Shown: positions 12,317 to 22,208 of the stretch, one piece after another
Layout: the number at the start of each line of letters is the position of its first letter
Position numbering within the stretch: position 1 is the stretch's first letter
NCBI GenBank assembly: GCA_946965045.2
Contig: OX337229.1
Coordinates: 2,356,001 to 2,420,000, forward strand
Length of the DNA: 64,000 bases
Source of the DNA: Epithemia pelagica
Lineage: Eukaryota; Protista; Bacillariophyta
Direction: 5' to 3'
Position numbers and translations under genes: made by a program
Notes under the pieces: model-generated
Databases searched by the model: none
Seen by the model: only the letters and a program-made list of their open reading frames with translations
Told to the model about the DNA's origin: nothing

Positions 12317-14245
12317 CTCCCCACAATTCGTCGAATGAGGATTGTCACTTCCCTCATCACTTTCCTGGACTTTTCCTCTCCAGAATAACAAAGATCTGAG
12401 CATGGGCCAAACTGCGGCGAATTCCCAATGTTTGCTGAGGATATCAGCTGGGTTTGTCTTTCCATCTTTCCAGTAGAATGCGACGTACTTTGCAGCGATA
12501 GCTTCACGGACTCGGTGATAGGATAGAAGATGGTGCCTCTTGGAGATGATTGAGTGTGGTGTGGTGCTATTGATAACGACAGAGCGGTTATCTCCAAACA
12601 TGTAACTCTTCTCTCGCAGAGGGACTCCCAAGTATCGGAGTGTAAGGCGTAGCTCCGTGATCTGATCAACTGCAGTCCTTGCGGCAACAAATTCAGATCC
12701 ATACGTGGCTGTTTCCACTGTGGCTTGTCGCTTACTGTACCAGTCCACGGGTGTACCATTTACAAAATGCAGGATGGCTGTAACTGCTTTCCCAGTAACC
12801 ATATCATGCATGAGATTTGCGTCGACATAATGTATAGTTGTCACAAAACGCCCAAGTGGGGTTGGACAGTCCTCAGGGATACGTTCCTTGGCGTCCATGT
12901 ATACGGTACGACTCCAATCGTATTCTTGGATAGGTAAAGCTGATAAATCTGGCTCCCCAGTGCGGAATCTGATAGACCCATCAGGAAATGACATGAGGTA
13001 TCCATAGATGCGTTTAGCTCGCTTCAAGTGACCAATCCTTGGAGCAGCTCTGAACCTTGATAGAGTCATGGTAGCAGGAAAGACATCAAAACGGCCAATG
13101 GTAATTAGCCATTGCAGTTGTCCAATAAGAGTCTGGAAATGCTGGGTCCCTTCTTCATCTAAGAGCTCAGAGTCATCGAGTTCAGGATGATCGTTAGCAA
13201 GGACTGGCGGCTTTGCTTTCTTGGGTTTCTCATTGAACAATCGCTCATAGGTATCCATCATCTTCTCGATGTACCTTCGTGGGTCAGACACAAGTGTACC
13301 GTCTGGATCTGTGGTATAACGACACCCCAAATGATACTCGATAGGTCCGACTCCTTTGAGTTTGAAGTTGTATTTGTCTGTAAAGATCTTGCAGACAGCT
13401 TCAGGGTCCATGGCAACGATAGCTAAGTCATCAACATATACAGCGATATATTCATAACAGTCTTCTCCAGGAGCCTTCTTCATCCAGATATCAGGGTCAG
13501 CCTTGCTTGGAGAAAATCCCATATCAATGAGAACATCAAACAGTTTGTCATGCCAGCGAGCACCTGAGGATTTGAGACCATATAATGCCTTGTAGATGAT
13601 CAAGATATGTCCTTCTAACTCCTTGAACTCTGGTCCTGCAATGATGAAAATCTTCTCTCCTGTCAATGCTTCTAGGTATGCGTTCCCAATATCTGCTCCC
13701 CATATTTCCATGTCGTTCATGGTTCCAAGAAATATGGCAATGCGAAGGTTGCGAATGGAGACAACCCCTGAATAGATGGTCTCAACGGGTTCCTTGGTGA
13801 GATGTCCATCTGCGACAAGTCGTGCCTTGTGCCTTCCGTCATGCTTGACATCAAAGACCAGATGTACTCTTATCTTATGATATCCTTCTGGTGCATTGGC
13901 CAATTTCCCATTAATGAACTTGGCTTTTCCATGGTCCTTGAAAGTGTTATACGATTGGATCTGTGAGAGTTCCAATTCTGTTGCGTCTTGCCATTTCGTG
14001 TTCCCAAATTGCTTGTCTAGTTCCACTGCTTCTTCATAGGTGCGAGGTACTTGGAAACCAAACTTGTACTTGATAGAGCGACAAACTTGTTTGATCCTGG
14101 ATTGTTTAGCTGCTCGAATGAGTCTTTTGCTTGTCTTGACGTATCGCTTGAGATGTTTCCATCCAGGTAGATCCAGCAAACCATTTTTCTTGGCATAGAT
14201 GGCTACTGTGATGGGGTCATCATTTGCAATAAGAGATAGAGGTTT
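12311..14245 (-). CDS. Element A reverse transcriptase-RNase H
   Basis: KARLVADGH, ADIGNAYL, KALYGLKSSG, YVDD, YVDA, TYGSEF, DNRSV, NPADILSK. Confidence 0.93.
   Translation of the reverse strand, partial: KPLSLIANDDPITVAIYAKKNGLLDLPGWKHLKRYVKTSKRLIRAAKQSRIKQVCRSIKYKFGFQVPRTYEEAVELDKQFGNTKWQDATELELSQIQSYNTFKDHGKAKFINGKLANAPEGYHKIRVHLVFDVKHDGRHKARLVADGHLTKEPVETIYSGVVSIRNLRIAIFLGTMNDMEIWGADIGNAYLEALTGEKIFIIAGPEFKELEGHILIIYKALYGLKSSGARWHDKLFDVLIDMGFSPSKADPDIWMKKAPGEDCYEYIAVYVDDLAIVAMDPEAVCKIFTDKYNFKLKGVGPIEYHLGCRYTTDPDGTLVSDPRRYIEKMMDTYERLFNEKPKKAKPPVLANDHPELDDSELLDEEGTQHFQTLIGQLQWLITIGRFDVFPATMTLSRFRAAPRIGHLKRAKRIYGYLMSFPDGSIRFRTGEPDLSALPIQEYDWSRTVYMDAKERIPEDCPTPLGRFVTTIHYVDANLMHDMVTGKAVTAILHFVNGTPVDWYSKRQATVETATYGSEFVAARTAVDQITELRLTLRYLGVPLREKSYMFGDNRSVVINSTTPHSIISKRHHLLSYHRVREAIAAKYVAFYWKDGKTNPADILSKHWEFAAVWPMLRSLLFWRGKVQESDEGSDNPHSTNCGEC
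12317..12324 (-). promoter_or_regulatory. Element A polypurine tract
   Basis: GTGGGGAG on the minus strand immediately precedes the TG of the 3-prime LTR. Confidence 0.85.
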
Positions 14246-15840
14246 ATGTCGTCTCCCCAGTCTCCCAATCAACAAGGACATTATATTTACTCCCTTTATA
14301 GTCTGGGTCGCTTGAGTTCAAAGGTCCTTGGTGTGCAATAACGTCTCTGAATCGGAAGAGACTATCCCCTGTCGTTTGGGCTTGATTATCCCTTTCAATG
14401 TATTCCATGAGCTGGTTGTAGGAGATCATCTCATCAACATTGGAGTTAGACTTGCGAAAGATATATTTGAGTCGATCTTCTTGTTTGGTTGCATCTTGTT
14501 CCAGGTCGACAACTCGTTTGATTACTCGTGCTCGGTGGCGCTCCCCATTCTCTTCAGTGTCACAAAGGAATGTGCGTCCAACTAAATCGTCGTAGTCAAT
14601 TGTTGGCATAGGTGTGGATGGGTCTTCACTTCTGCTGCGAATAAAGACAGTGTCACCTTGCTTGTCAGTGGGTTTATGCGGCGACTCCTCCCCTGAAGAG
14701 ATATCCACACGAAGGTTGGGGGTAGTGGAGGCAACGCGACGGACAGCGGAACGGTAGATGATGACGTTGTCGGCAGTGAGGATCTTCCAAGTAAAGGCAT
14801 CACCAACATTGTGGGCAAAACCAACCCAGTGGCCAATCTTCTCGTCGGGAGACGAAGGGTAAGAACCGGAGGTAGGTTCAGAAGGGTCGACACGATAGTA
14901 GACCTCATCCCAGAAAGGAAAGAAAAGGAGATGGGTAATGTCGGGTGGGGTACCGGTAAGAGCCTCAAGAGGGGTGCGGCCAGAGTGGGTGGGAGAGGAA
15001 GTGTGATTGAGGAGGTCACACACATATTCTAAACAAAGTAACCATGCAGAAGCAGGGCAACCGGAGGCATTCATGATAGCATTGGTCATACGCTTAACGG
15101 TCTGGTAGCGGTTCTCAGCTTTGTTCTGGTGTTGATGATAGGGCTCGGAACGGTATTCACCAATCAGAAGGGTGCGAAGAATATCCTTGACCTTGTGGGA
15201 AATAAGTGACGAACCACCATCACTGATCAAAGTCTCCATGACACCACGTGTACGAATGTTATCCTGGAGGGTATTGACGAATTGCTTGGTAGACTTGATA
15301 CCATAAATGTCAGTAACCAAAGTATCACGACCAACAAAAATCTGAGCAATCTTGCCACCATGGTTAACAGCCGGGGTGTCGGAGAAGATGGAGTCAGTGG
15401 CAACGGGTTCATGCCGTCGTGGGAGGTTAAGGATAGGATTCCGGGCCTTAAAGTGTTTCTTCAAGGTATCTTGGTCAAAGGAAATGTGTCCATGACGAGT
15501 TGTATGCTTGAACGTATTGGCGATTACGTCTTCCGATTGCCACCCAAAGAAAGGGCGAAATTTCTTCCAGTCGTATTGTTCCTTGTAGAGTTTGTGGACA
15601 GACGCATGAAGTGTGGGGTCGTTGCCATCTTGATCAGCATAGATGGAAAAGAAGGAAGGTGTATCGGGGCCATGATCATATGGGAGATCAAGGAGGAGAT
15701 TCAAAGTGCATACAACGCGATCGGTATACTCCCCATATTGGTCATAGGGGTACGTTTCCATACTACCATCAGTCTCCACAGATGTCCAGTTTGGTGCAGG
15801 GTCTTGATGGGGGTCTGGATGGGTATGGTCAAGTACAGAA
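14244..15840 (-). CDS. Element A integrase, frameshifted from both gag-PR and RT
   Basis: ATDSIFSDTP, ISDGG, SEPYHQHQNKAENRYQ, IGHWVGFA. Frame breaks near 15841 (expected WDPSVLDH needs +1 C) and near 14246 (expected WETGETTYEPL needs +2 nt). Confidence 0.9.
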
Positions 15841-17989
15841 GATCCCAGATATGGGGTGAAGTGAACACAATATGCGGATATTTATCCATATCGTCATCAG
15901 AAGGGATTCCCAGAGATTGAATGTATGCAAGGCCATCCTTGATTCGTAAGGGCAATGCGCGTCCATCAAGGGTAGTAATGCGTTGTTTGCCATCAACCTT
16001 GACGGATCGTTCGTCGACAGATAGGCCGAAATGTTCAAATTGCGCTGGGGCATGGATAGATAAACCCTTTCCATAGTGGGCATACTCATTGAAGATACCA
16101 ATAATGGGTCCATCACTTGTATCAAACTTGGCAGCACAGGTAACAACTGGAAGGCCAGTCAATTCATGATTGTCAATACCTACGATGGTAATATGACGTC
16201 CGGTTTTGGCAAGGATACGCATGTCAGATCCTGCAAGGCCTCCATTGGCACCTCGATCGATGAGTTGATTACCAGAAAAGGTGGATTTGCGGGAGAATAA
16301 ATATCGTGACATATGAACCTTTTGCTTGTGATCAGCAGAAGACTTGAACTTGACTTTAGGACTTGACTTTGTCGTAGAAGTTGACAAGATGTTGCTGAGG
16401 TCAGATGCTGGATGATTGATATCTGTCGATGCAATAGCCTGGTGTATGAACTGGGTAACCGGATCAGAGGATGTATCGAATGGATCTTGTTCTGGTGCAT
16501 CTTGATGGGTATCACCAATGTTGTTGGCATCAGGATCAGGGTCCGGTTCAGGATCAATGTCAAGAGAATGTGTTTGGACCTTGCGTGGAGTTGTCGGGGA
16601 ATCTTGGACGGATTTATTGAAGTCGACAATGATTTGCCGATCCTCTTCAGAGAGTTTAAACCATACATCTCTTGGAAGGCTGATTTTCGACGAAGTTGGG
16701 GACTTTTCGGATTGGATATTCGTGTTGTTGATCTGGTAGTCAGGGGGCTCCACTGGTTCAAAAGGTTCATCCGACTGAAATTCATGTTGCTTTACATGAC
16801 GACGGCGGTTAGACGCAGAAGTTCGGGTAGCTTGGTCATGGTCAAAAGCAGCTTCAAGAAGCAGGCGGAAATATGATTGATAACAGAGAGACTTGGCTCC
16901 AGATTTCGTGTTGACAACGTTATCCAAGATCTTGACTCGTCTTAAATCAGGTACCTTTTCAACAGCTTGCATAAGGAAGGTCATCCTTGTATGGTCATGG
17001 ATACGATCCGACAGTGGTACAAGGTTATCCAGAAGTCGTAGCTGTTCTTGAAAATGTAGGAGAAACTGACGAGTTGTACCACGCCAAGAGTCATCCAGTC
17101 GAAGATTCGAGATGTAGCTTGTTAGGCGTAACACTTCTCGCTTAGCTAGATCAGATTCAGTGTGTAGAACATGGAGTTTCTTCAAGACGGCTCTTGCATC
17201 TCCATCATGTTCATGTTCTCGAACATATGCTCTTCCTTGGTCGGTTTGGATAATACGTACAAGTACAGAATAGACAAAGACTTGTTGTTCTCGGAAAAGT
17301 AACTCTGCGCATTCGTCATCCTTGGGTACCTTGTAATCGAAATCAAAAACATTCGACAATCCTTGTGCTTTCGCAGTTGATTTGAATACACGCCAAAACG
17401 AATCAAAGTATCGTTCGTCTTTGAATGATTCAAATGCTGTTGCATCTCTTTTGGTTCCTTTCTTGAAAGCAGAGAGATCTAACATGGATTGAGATGTTGT
17501 AGAGGATGTAGTGGGAGATCGGGATGATACGGAGTGTGCAGGTGATTTCAGAGGAGAAACTGGGTCTTGGTTCATACCAGACTTGGTAAAGTCGGTGTTG
17601 ATCCTCCAATCGTCATATTGGTCCCTCGTGAGGTTCATCCATGTAGCACGGGGTAGTTTTCCATGTTGGAGTTGCCGTTGTTGTAGTAACCAATATGCCA
17701 TTAGTTTGAGTTGTAATCTTGTACTTGTCTGTAGGTCGTTGACTTGTTTTCCAACCTTGTATTGCATGAGATCCTTGAGTGTCTCCTCGGGATCAGTTGC
17801 AACATGGTCGAGGACATGAAGGATATGTTCAAAACCATGATGTCGCATCCACTTTTGAAGTGATTGGGCTCGTTCATCATTACAACCAAAGATGCCTTTA
17901 GTTATATGGTCGAAGAGATCTTGGTTGGTTATATGACTTGACTTGTCCTCAGGAGGAGTAAACGGTGTCTTGGGAGGTGTCGCTTCCAT
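15841..17989 (-). CDS. Element A Gag plus aspartic protease
   Basis: FKKGTKRDATAF...FDSFWR gag pattern, YVREHEHDGDARAV, and protease motif LIDRGANGGLAG. Confidence 0.9.
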
Positions 17990-18303
17990 GATGTTATTTG
18001 GTTGGTTCGATGTTTATTTAATGTGCGGTGTGATGTGGTTTATTTAATGTGTGATGTGGTGTGAACCCGGATATACCACGTGTGCCACGTATGTACCACG
18101 TATGTGATACCCGGATGTGTGTTGTGATGTGCGACTCCTGGAAATTTCCGTTGATTCCGACAAAATTTCGCCGAGTTTCAACAAATTTTCGCCGAATTTT
18201 CGCGATTTGACGGGAATGTGTGGCGTGTTGTGCGACCAAGGGTACCCGGATGTGCGGAACTCGGTCTTGTGTCTGGTTTGGTGTAGAAACTACGTAAAAT
18301 TAC

Positions 18304-19059
18304 TTATTCTTGGTCACTTTCGGCTCGGTACTGAAGACGAGATGCGGAATCGGTCACTGTAGTGGCTAGTTCTTCAACGTCGTCGTCTTCCAACAAGTGG
18401 TTCACGTGTTGAGTGAAGAGAGGGTAGATAGTCGCACGGAAATCCTGGCAGAGATGGATCTCGTGAACAAAGGAGACGTACTCGTCGAGACGAGTTGTCG
18501 GGGTAGGTAGCGGATTCGTCGTCGAGTTGACGATCCAGATGGTGTGGAAGTAGTTGGTTGGACGTTCAAAGGAGATGAATCGAATACGGATGGGTTCCAC
18601 AGGGTTGCCCAACAGGGCTTGGACAATGAAACGGCGTCTCGAGCACTGGTTCAAGAGGTCGAGAAGTCGTTGGATGTCCTCAAGGTCAGTCACGGGTTGG
18701 ACGGACTGGAAATCGATCTCGCGTTCGGTTGTGGAACGGATCACGTCGGGGTCGGTAGTCGACTCAGTCGGCTCGCGGAAGTGTCGGATATGCGCAGCAA
18801 GAAGACGGCTCGTACGTCGGGTGCGAGTAGGGTTCAAACGGCGAGGCGGAGTCGAAGGTTGAGTCGGGATCGAAGGAGGCTGGACCACTTGGTCCGGGGT
18901 CTGGAAGGGATTCGGAGCACTGGCCTGAGTCGGGGTCTGTTTCGGAGTTTCAACCAAGGGCTCGCCCGGATGGGCCACGGGTGGATGGAGTTCCTCCCCA
19001 CTTTGTTGGAAGGAATGAAAGATGTGTCGAATAGAGAGGTTGGAATCGTCGTGAGACAT
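18304..19059 (-). CDS. Element A extra upstream ORF (ORF0, 251 aa), unknown function
   Basis: ATG at 19059 lies 25 nt inside the PBS, and the frame stays open for 251 codons. Pro/Thr-rich N-half and globular-looking C-half (FIVQALLGNPVEPIRIRFISFERPTNYFHTIWIVNS). Confidence 0.55.
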   Translation of the reverse strand: MSHDDSNLSIRHIFHSFQQSGEELHPPVAHPGEPLVETPKQTPTQASAPNPFQTPDQVVQPPSIPTQPSTPPRRLNPTRTRRTSRLLAAHIRHFREPTESTTDPDVIRSTTEREIDFQSVQPVTDLEDIQRLLDLLNQCSRRRFIVQALLGNPVEPIRIRFISFERPTNYFHTIWIVNSTTNPLPTPTTRLDEYVSFVHEIHLCQDFRATIYPLFTQHVNHLLEDDDVEELATTVTDSASRLQYRAESDQE

Positions 19060-19083
19060 CGAAAGCTTCTCGGAAATAAACGA

Positions 19084-19097
19084 TGAGACTGTTAATC
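19084..19097 (-). promoter_or_regulatory. Element A primer-binding site, complementary to a tRNA-Asn(GUU) anticodon arm
   Basis: GATTAACAGTCTCA directly follows the CA of the 5-prime LTR. Its complement TGAGA-CTGTTAA-TC is an anticodon stem-loop with anticodon GTT. Confidence 0.65.
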
Positions 19098-19855
19098 TGA
19101 TAAACTTCTCTCGATTCAACAGGGGTTAGACAGATAGTTAGGATAGGTAAAAGGCTCGCTGAGCCGACAATCGAATCACCAACCGATACAACAATCCTCC
19201 ACGGGTCAGAGAAGATTTGCAAGTCGAAGTCCGCCGTGGGTGGGGGCAGTCGGTCCACTGATAAGAGGTAAGTCTTAAGATGAGTGTTAAAATGGTGATA
19301 TTAATGATTGTGAGACGATTACTAACTAAGGTGGTTGATGGTGTCGAAGTCCTGGCTCTTGTATACAGCCATGGATCTGGTGTGATAGGTCCTCACTGGT
19401 TGGAGTAGACCGGCATTGGTGTGTATTGGATGTATAGGGTGATGGATAACATGTATGGGATGCAACAGCTCTTGCTTTGTCGTGGTATAAGTCTTGTCCT
19501 GGGCGCGTTGCTGTTTGCATTCTTGGATTTGTGGGAACAGAGATATGGTCTCGCGTGATCGTGATTCGTGCTTTGATTACATAGACCGTTAGGTCGAATC
19601 GTGGATGCGCGTACTCGGATAGTAGAGGCGCGCACTTGATAGTTTTGGGCGCGCACGTGTTGGGCCATAGTTAATATCCGAGTGGTCGCCGATAACGCGT
19701 GCACTGCGAGCATGCCGTGGCCAAATTTATAGTTTCGCGAGCATGCCGACATTCTTTTCTCATTTTTAGGAAAATGTCATCGGATGCCTTAAAATACTAG
19801 CATCATTCGATGAGTTGTAGGTTTCGCCACCTAGTTTTCGGTGAGAATCCTAACA
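19098..19855 (-). repeat. Element A 5-prime LTR (758 bp)
   Basis: Copy of 11559-12316. The differences are AGAAGAG/T and GATAACGCA/G. Confidence 0.97.
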
Positions 19856-22200
19856 GTTGTTTTCAGTCGGTACACAACAATTCGCTTCCCTAATGCAGCA
19901 ATTCGTTCCTTTGTGCAGAATGAGAGGTGGAAGATTGTCATAGCTTGTTGTGGTGGATGACCAGTGGATGGACGACGTGGTGGTGGAGTCGTTGTTTTCT
20001 TGGGCATTGGTATTGTCCACAGATGCGACAAATGCGCACAAATCAACTTGCTGGGAGTCTTCTTCTTTGAGCTCCATGCTTTCCAAGGACATGCAGTCTG
20101 GGAGGTTTGCCCAATCTTCGGTGTCCTGGGGCGTCTCAATCTCGGTGCACCAGGCGGACACATCGATTTCGAGCTTCTTTGCTCGGTTTTCTTTCGTGTT
20201 GCGCTGGTTCTTTTTGAATCCAACAATAAATATGCTGGTCCGTCGTGTGGGTGTCATTCCAGCGGGTGCATTTCCCGCACCAATATTGGAGCACACCGTT
20301 TACCATCTTGGTGTGACTTTCACCTGGACCAGGTGGAATCGTCTTCCACGGGTTCGCTTGGGAACGGTCTACGCGAGAGTTATTTTTCTTGTGTTGAGGC
20401 CTTTCCTCCCCCCCCCCCTTGTCGCGGTGATTGTTTCCATGATTTGTCGGTGGATTCTTGGTTGGAGTTGGATTGCTGCCTGGAGGATGTTTCAGAGTCT
20501 GGATGAGGGCGTTGAGTGCGGCTTGGGTGAGCGGTGGTTTAGCGGTGTTTCGTCCTCGCCTAGAGGCCTTGGGTGTCTTGGAAGATGGAACGAGTGCTTG
20601 GTTGGCTCCAAAGGACGATGGTGGTGCCTTTGAGTCGGTGGCACTGCGCTTGGGTGCCCACTCGCCGTCTTTCAAACTTACTAAATATTTAGTATTGGCA
20701 CTTTCGATGATGTCTGTGTACCATAGCTTGTCCTTTCTCATCTTTGCGTCAGCCACCGACCGATCTAGGAACATGATTTCAGTAATGGCGTCAGTTAAGT
20801 TCTTACTGATATACATCAGTTCGAACTTAGGGGTCTCCGGCCAATCCGCTGTGATGATGTTAGCAAGTAGTTTTCCGGTCAACGTATGGTCGTACAGACC
20901 GGCTGCGATGAGTGGTCGCGCTTTTTCGGCAAAATCTTTGGTGAGTGCCATAATGTCTTGCCCGCCATAATTTTGGGGCAGCAAATTCCTCATTTCTCTC
21001 TTGACTTGCTCCCAGTGTTGGGGAGAGTCGTGGGTGACGATGTCCACCACGACCATAAACAACTCGGGGAAAGAGCTCACTTCGCGGCTCTGATCTTGAA
21101 CTCGTCGTTTGAAAGACTTTTCGAGACTGTTGAGGAGGAAGGCTCGGGCGCTTATATCGTTGTTTCTGTCGTATTTGTCATAGAGCTTGATCTGCTGTTC
21201 GGCCATGAGCTCTTTTACTTTCATCGGAGTGTATTTGGGATGTTCCGAAATGATGAAGAGCATCTTTTTGGAATCAAGTGGATTCCTCAGGTAAGCAATT
21301 GTGTCCATTCTGTGTTTAATCAGATGCTGTTGCAGATCGTCTTGAAACCTGCTGAAATCACCCGTCTTTTTGTTAAATTTTTCATTTTCTTCAGCAGGGC
21401 CTGCGACCCTTTCGGAATATTTCTTATCGCTTACAGTTCGAACTTGGAATGCCCTGAGGTATTCCTTCGGGGCGTCGTCATCCAGTCCGGACCAGTCCGC
21501 CTTCGGCTTGCCGCCAACCCAAACGACAAACTCGTCACGTCCCGTTCGTGGCTTGTCAGGTTTGAAAATGCTTTGCGGTGGTGCTGGTGGAGTTGTTCCT
21601 GCACTCATACTGGTCGTCTTAGATTCACCAATCAACTGTGGTGGATTGTCTGTTTCGTTTTCTCTTCCTCCTTGGTCTGTTCCAACAATTCGCTGCTGGT
21701 TACCTTGGTTCATCGATCGTTCCTGTTCGTCGGCGGTCGAACTGCTACTGGATGGAAGGGAGGTTAGCTCTTTGATAAGATCGAAACTACCTGCTCCGCT
21801 CGATGTTGGAGACTCGTTTTGGTTCTCACTCGTGGTGGAACTTCACTTGGGGGCTCAGTGGCTTCCCCTTTTTCTCGTTGGAGGCGTGAACGCAATAATC
21901 CACTGGCGTGGACTCGATGGTCGCTTGATCGATCAATTGGGCTTGTACTAGGAAGCGTCGGGTTCGTCAGCCAGTTTGGGCTCGATAACCACTTAGAATA
22001 TCTGTAAACAATACTAACTGCGTAGACGATTGTGTTAGCTGTAATCTCTTCTCTAGGTCAACCTGCTCGCTCGTATGACGATGGGGCCCTCACCTTCACA
22101 CTACGATCTAGGTTGACTCCGTTATACAAGGTTGCTTTGCAAACTTGTTGTTTATAAAGAAGTAAGATAAATCTATTGAATAGAGTGTTTTTCATTTTGG
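19856..22200 (-). mobile_element. Element B: decayed Copia 5-prime part (LTR remnant, PBS, gag), interrupted by element A
   Basis: PBS GGTTATCGAGCCCA at 21977-21990 and gag ORF 20136-21713. The LTR outer boundary cannot be fixed without a second copy. Confidence 0.75.
20136..21713 (-). CDS. Element B Gag with zinc knuckle (frameshifted just after the knuckle)
   Basis: VWVGGKPKADWSGL, MDTIAYL, YDKYDRNND, and WCGKCTRWNDTHTTDQH. Homologous to the element D gag. Confidence 0.85.
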   Translation of the reverse strand: MNQGNQQRIVGTDQGGRENETDNPPQLIGESKTTSMSAGTTPPAPPQSIFKPDKPRTGRDEFVVWVGGKPKADWSGLDDDAPKEYLRAFQVRTVSDKKYSERVAGPAEENEKFNKKTGDFSRFQDDLQQHLIKHRMDTIAYLRNPLDSKKMLFIISEHPKYTPMKVKELMAEQQIKLYDKYDRNNDISARAFLLNSLEKSFKRRVQDQSREVSSFPELFMVVVDIVTHDSPQHWEQVKREMRNLLPQNYGGQDIMALTKDFAEKARPLIAAGLYDHTLTGKLLANIITADWPETPKFELMYISKNLTDAITEIMFLDRSVADAKMRKDKLWYTDIIESANTKYLVSLKDGEWAPKRSATDSKAPPSSFGANQALVPSSKTPKASRRGRNTAKPPLTQAALNALIQTLKHPPGSNPTPTKNPPTNHGNNHRDKGGGEERPQHKKNNSRVDRSQANPWKTIPPGPGESHTKMVNGVLQYWCGKCTRWNDTHTTDQHIYCWIQKEPAQHERKPSKEARNRCVRLVHRD

Positions 22201-22208
22201 ATGCCTCC

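Larger units (their letters stand above)
11559..19855 (-). mobile_element. Full-length Ty1/Copia LTR retrotransposon (element A), about 8.3 kb, recent insertion
   Basis: Two 758-bp TG...CA LTRs differing at 2 positions, GTTGT TSD at 11554-11558 and 19856-19860, PBS, PPT, and gag-PR-INT-RT-RH order. Confidence 0.97.
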
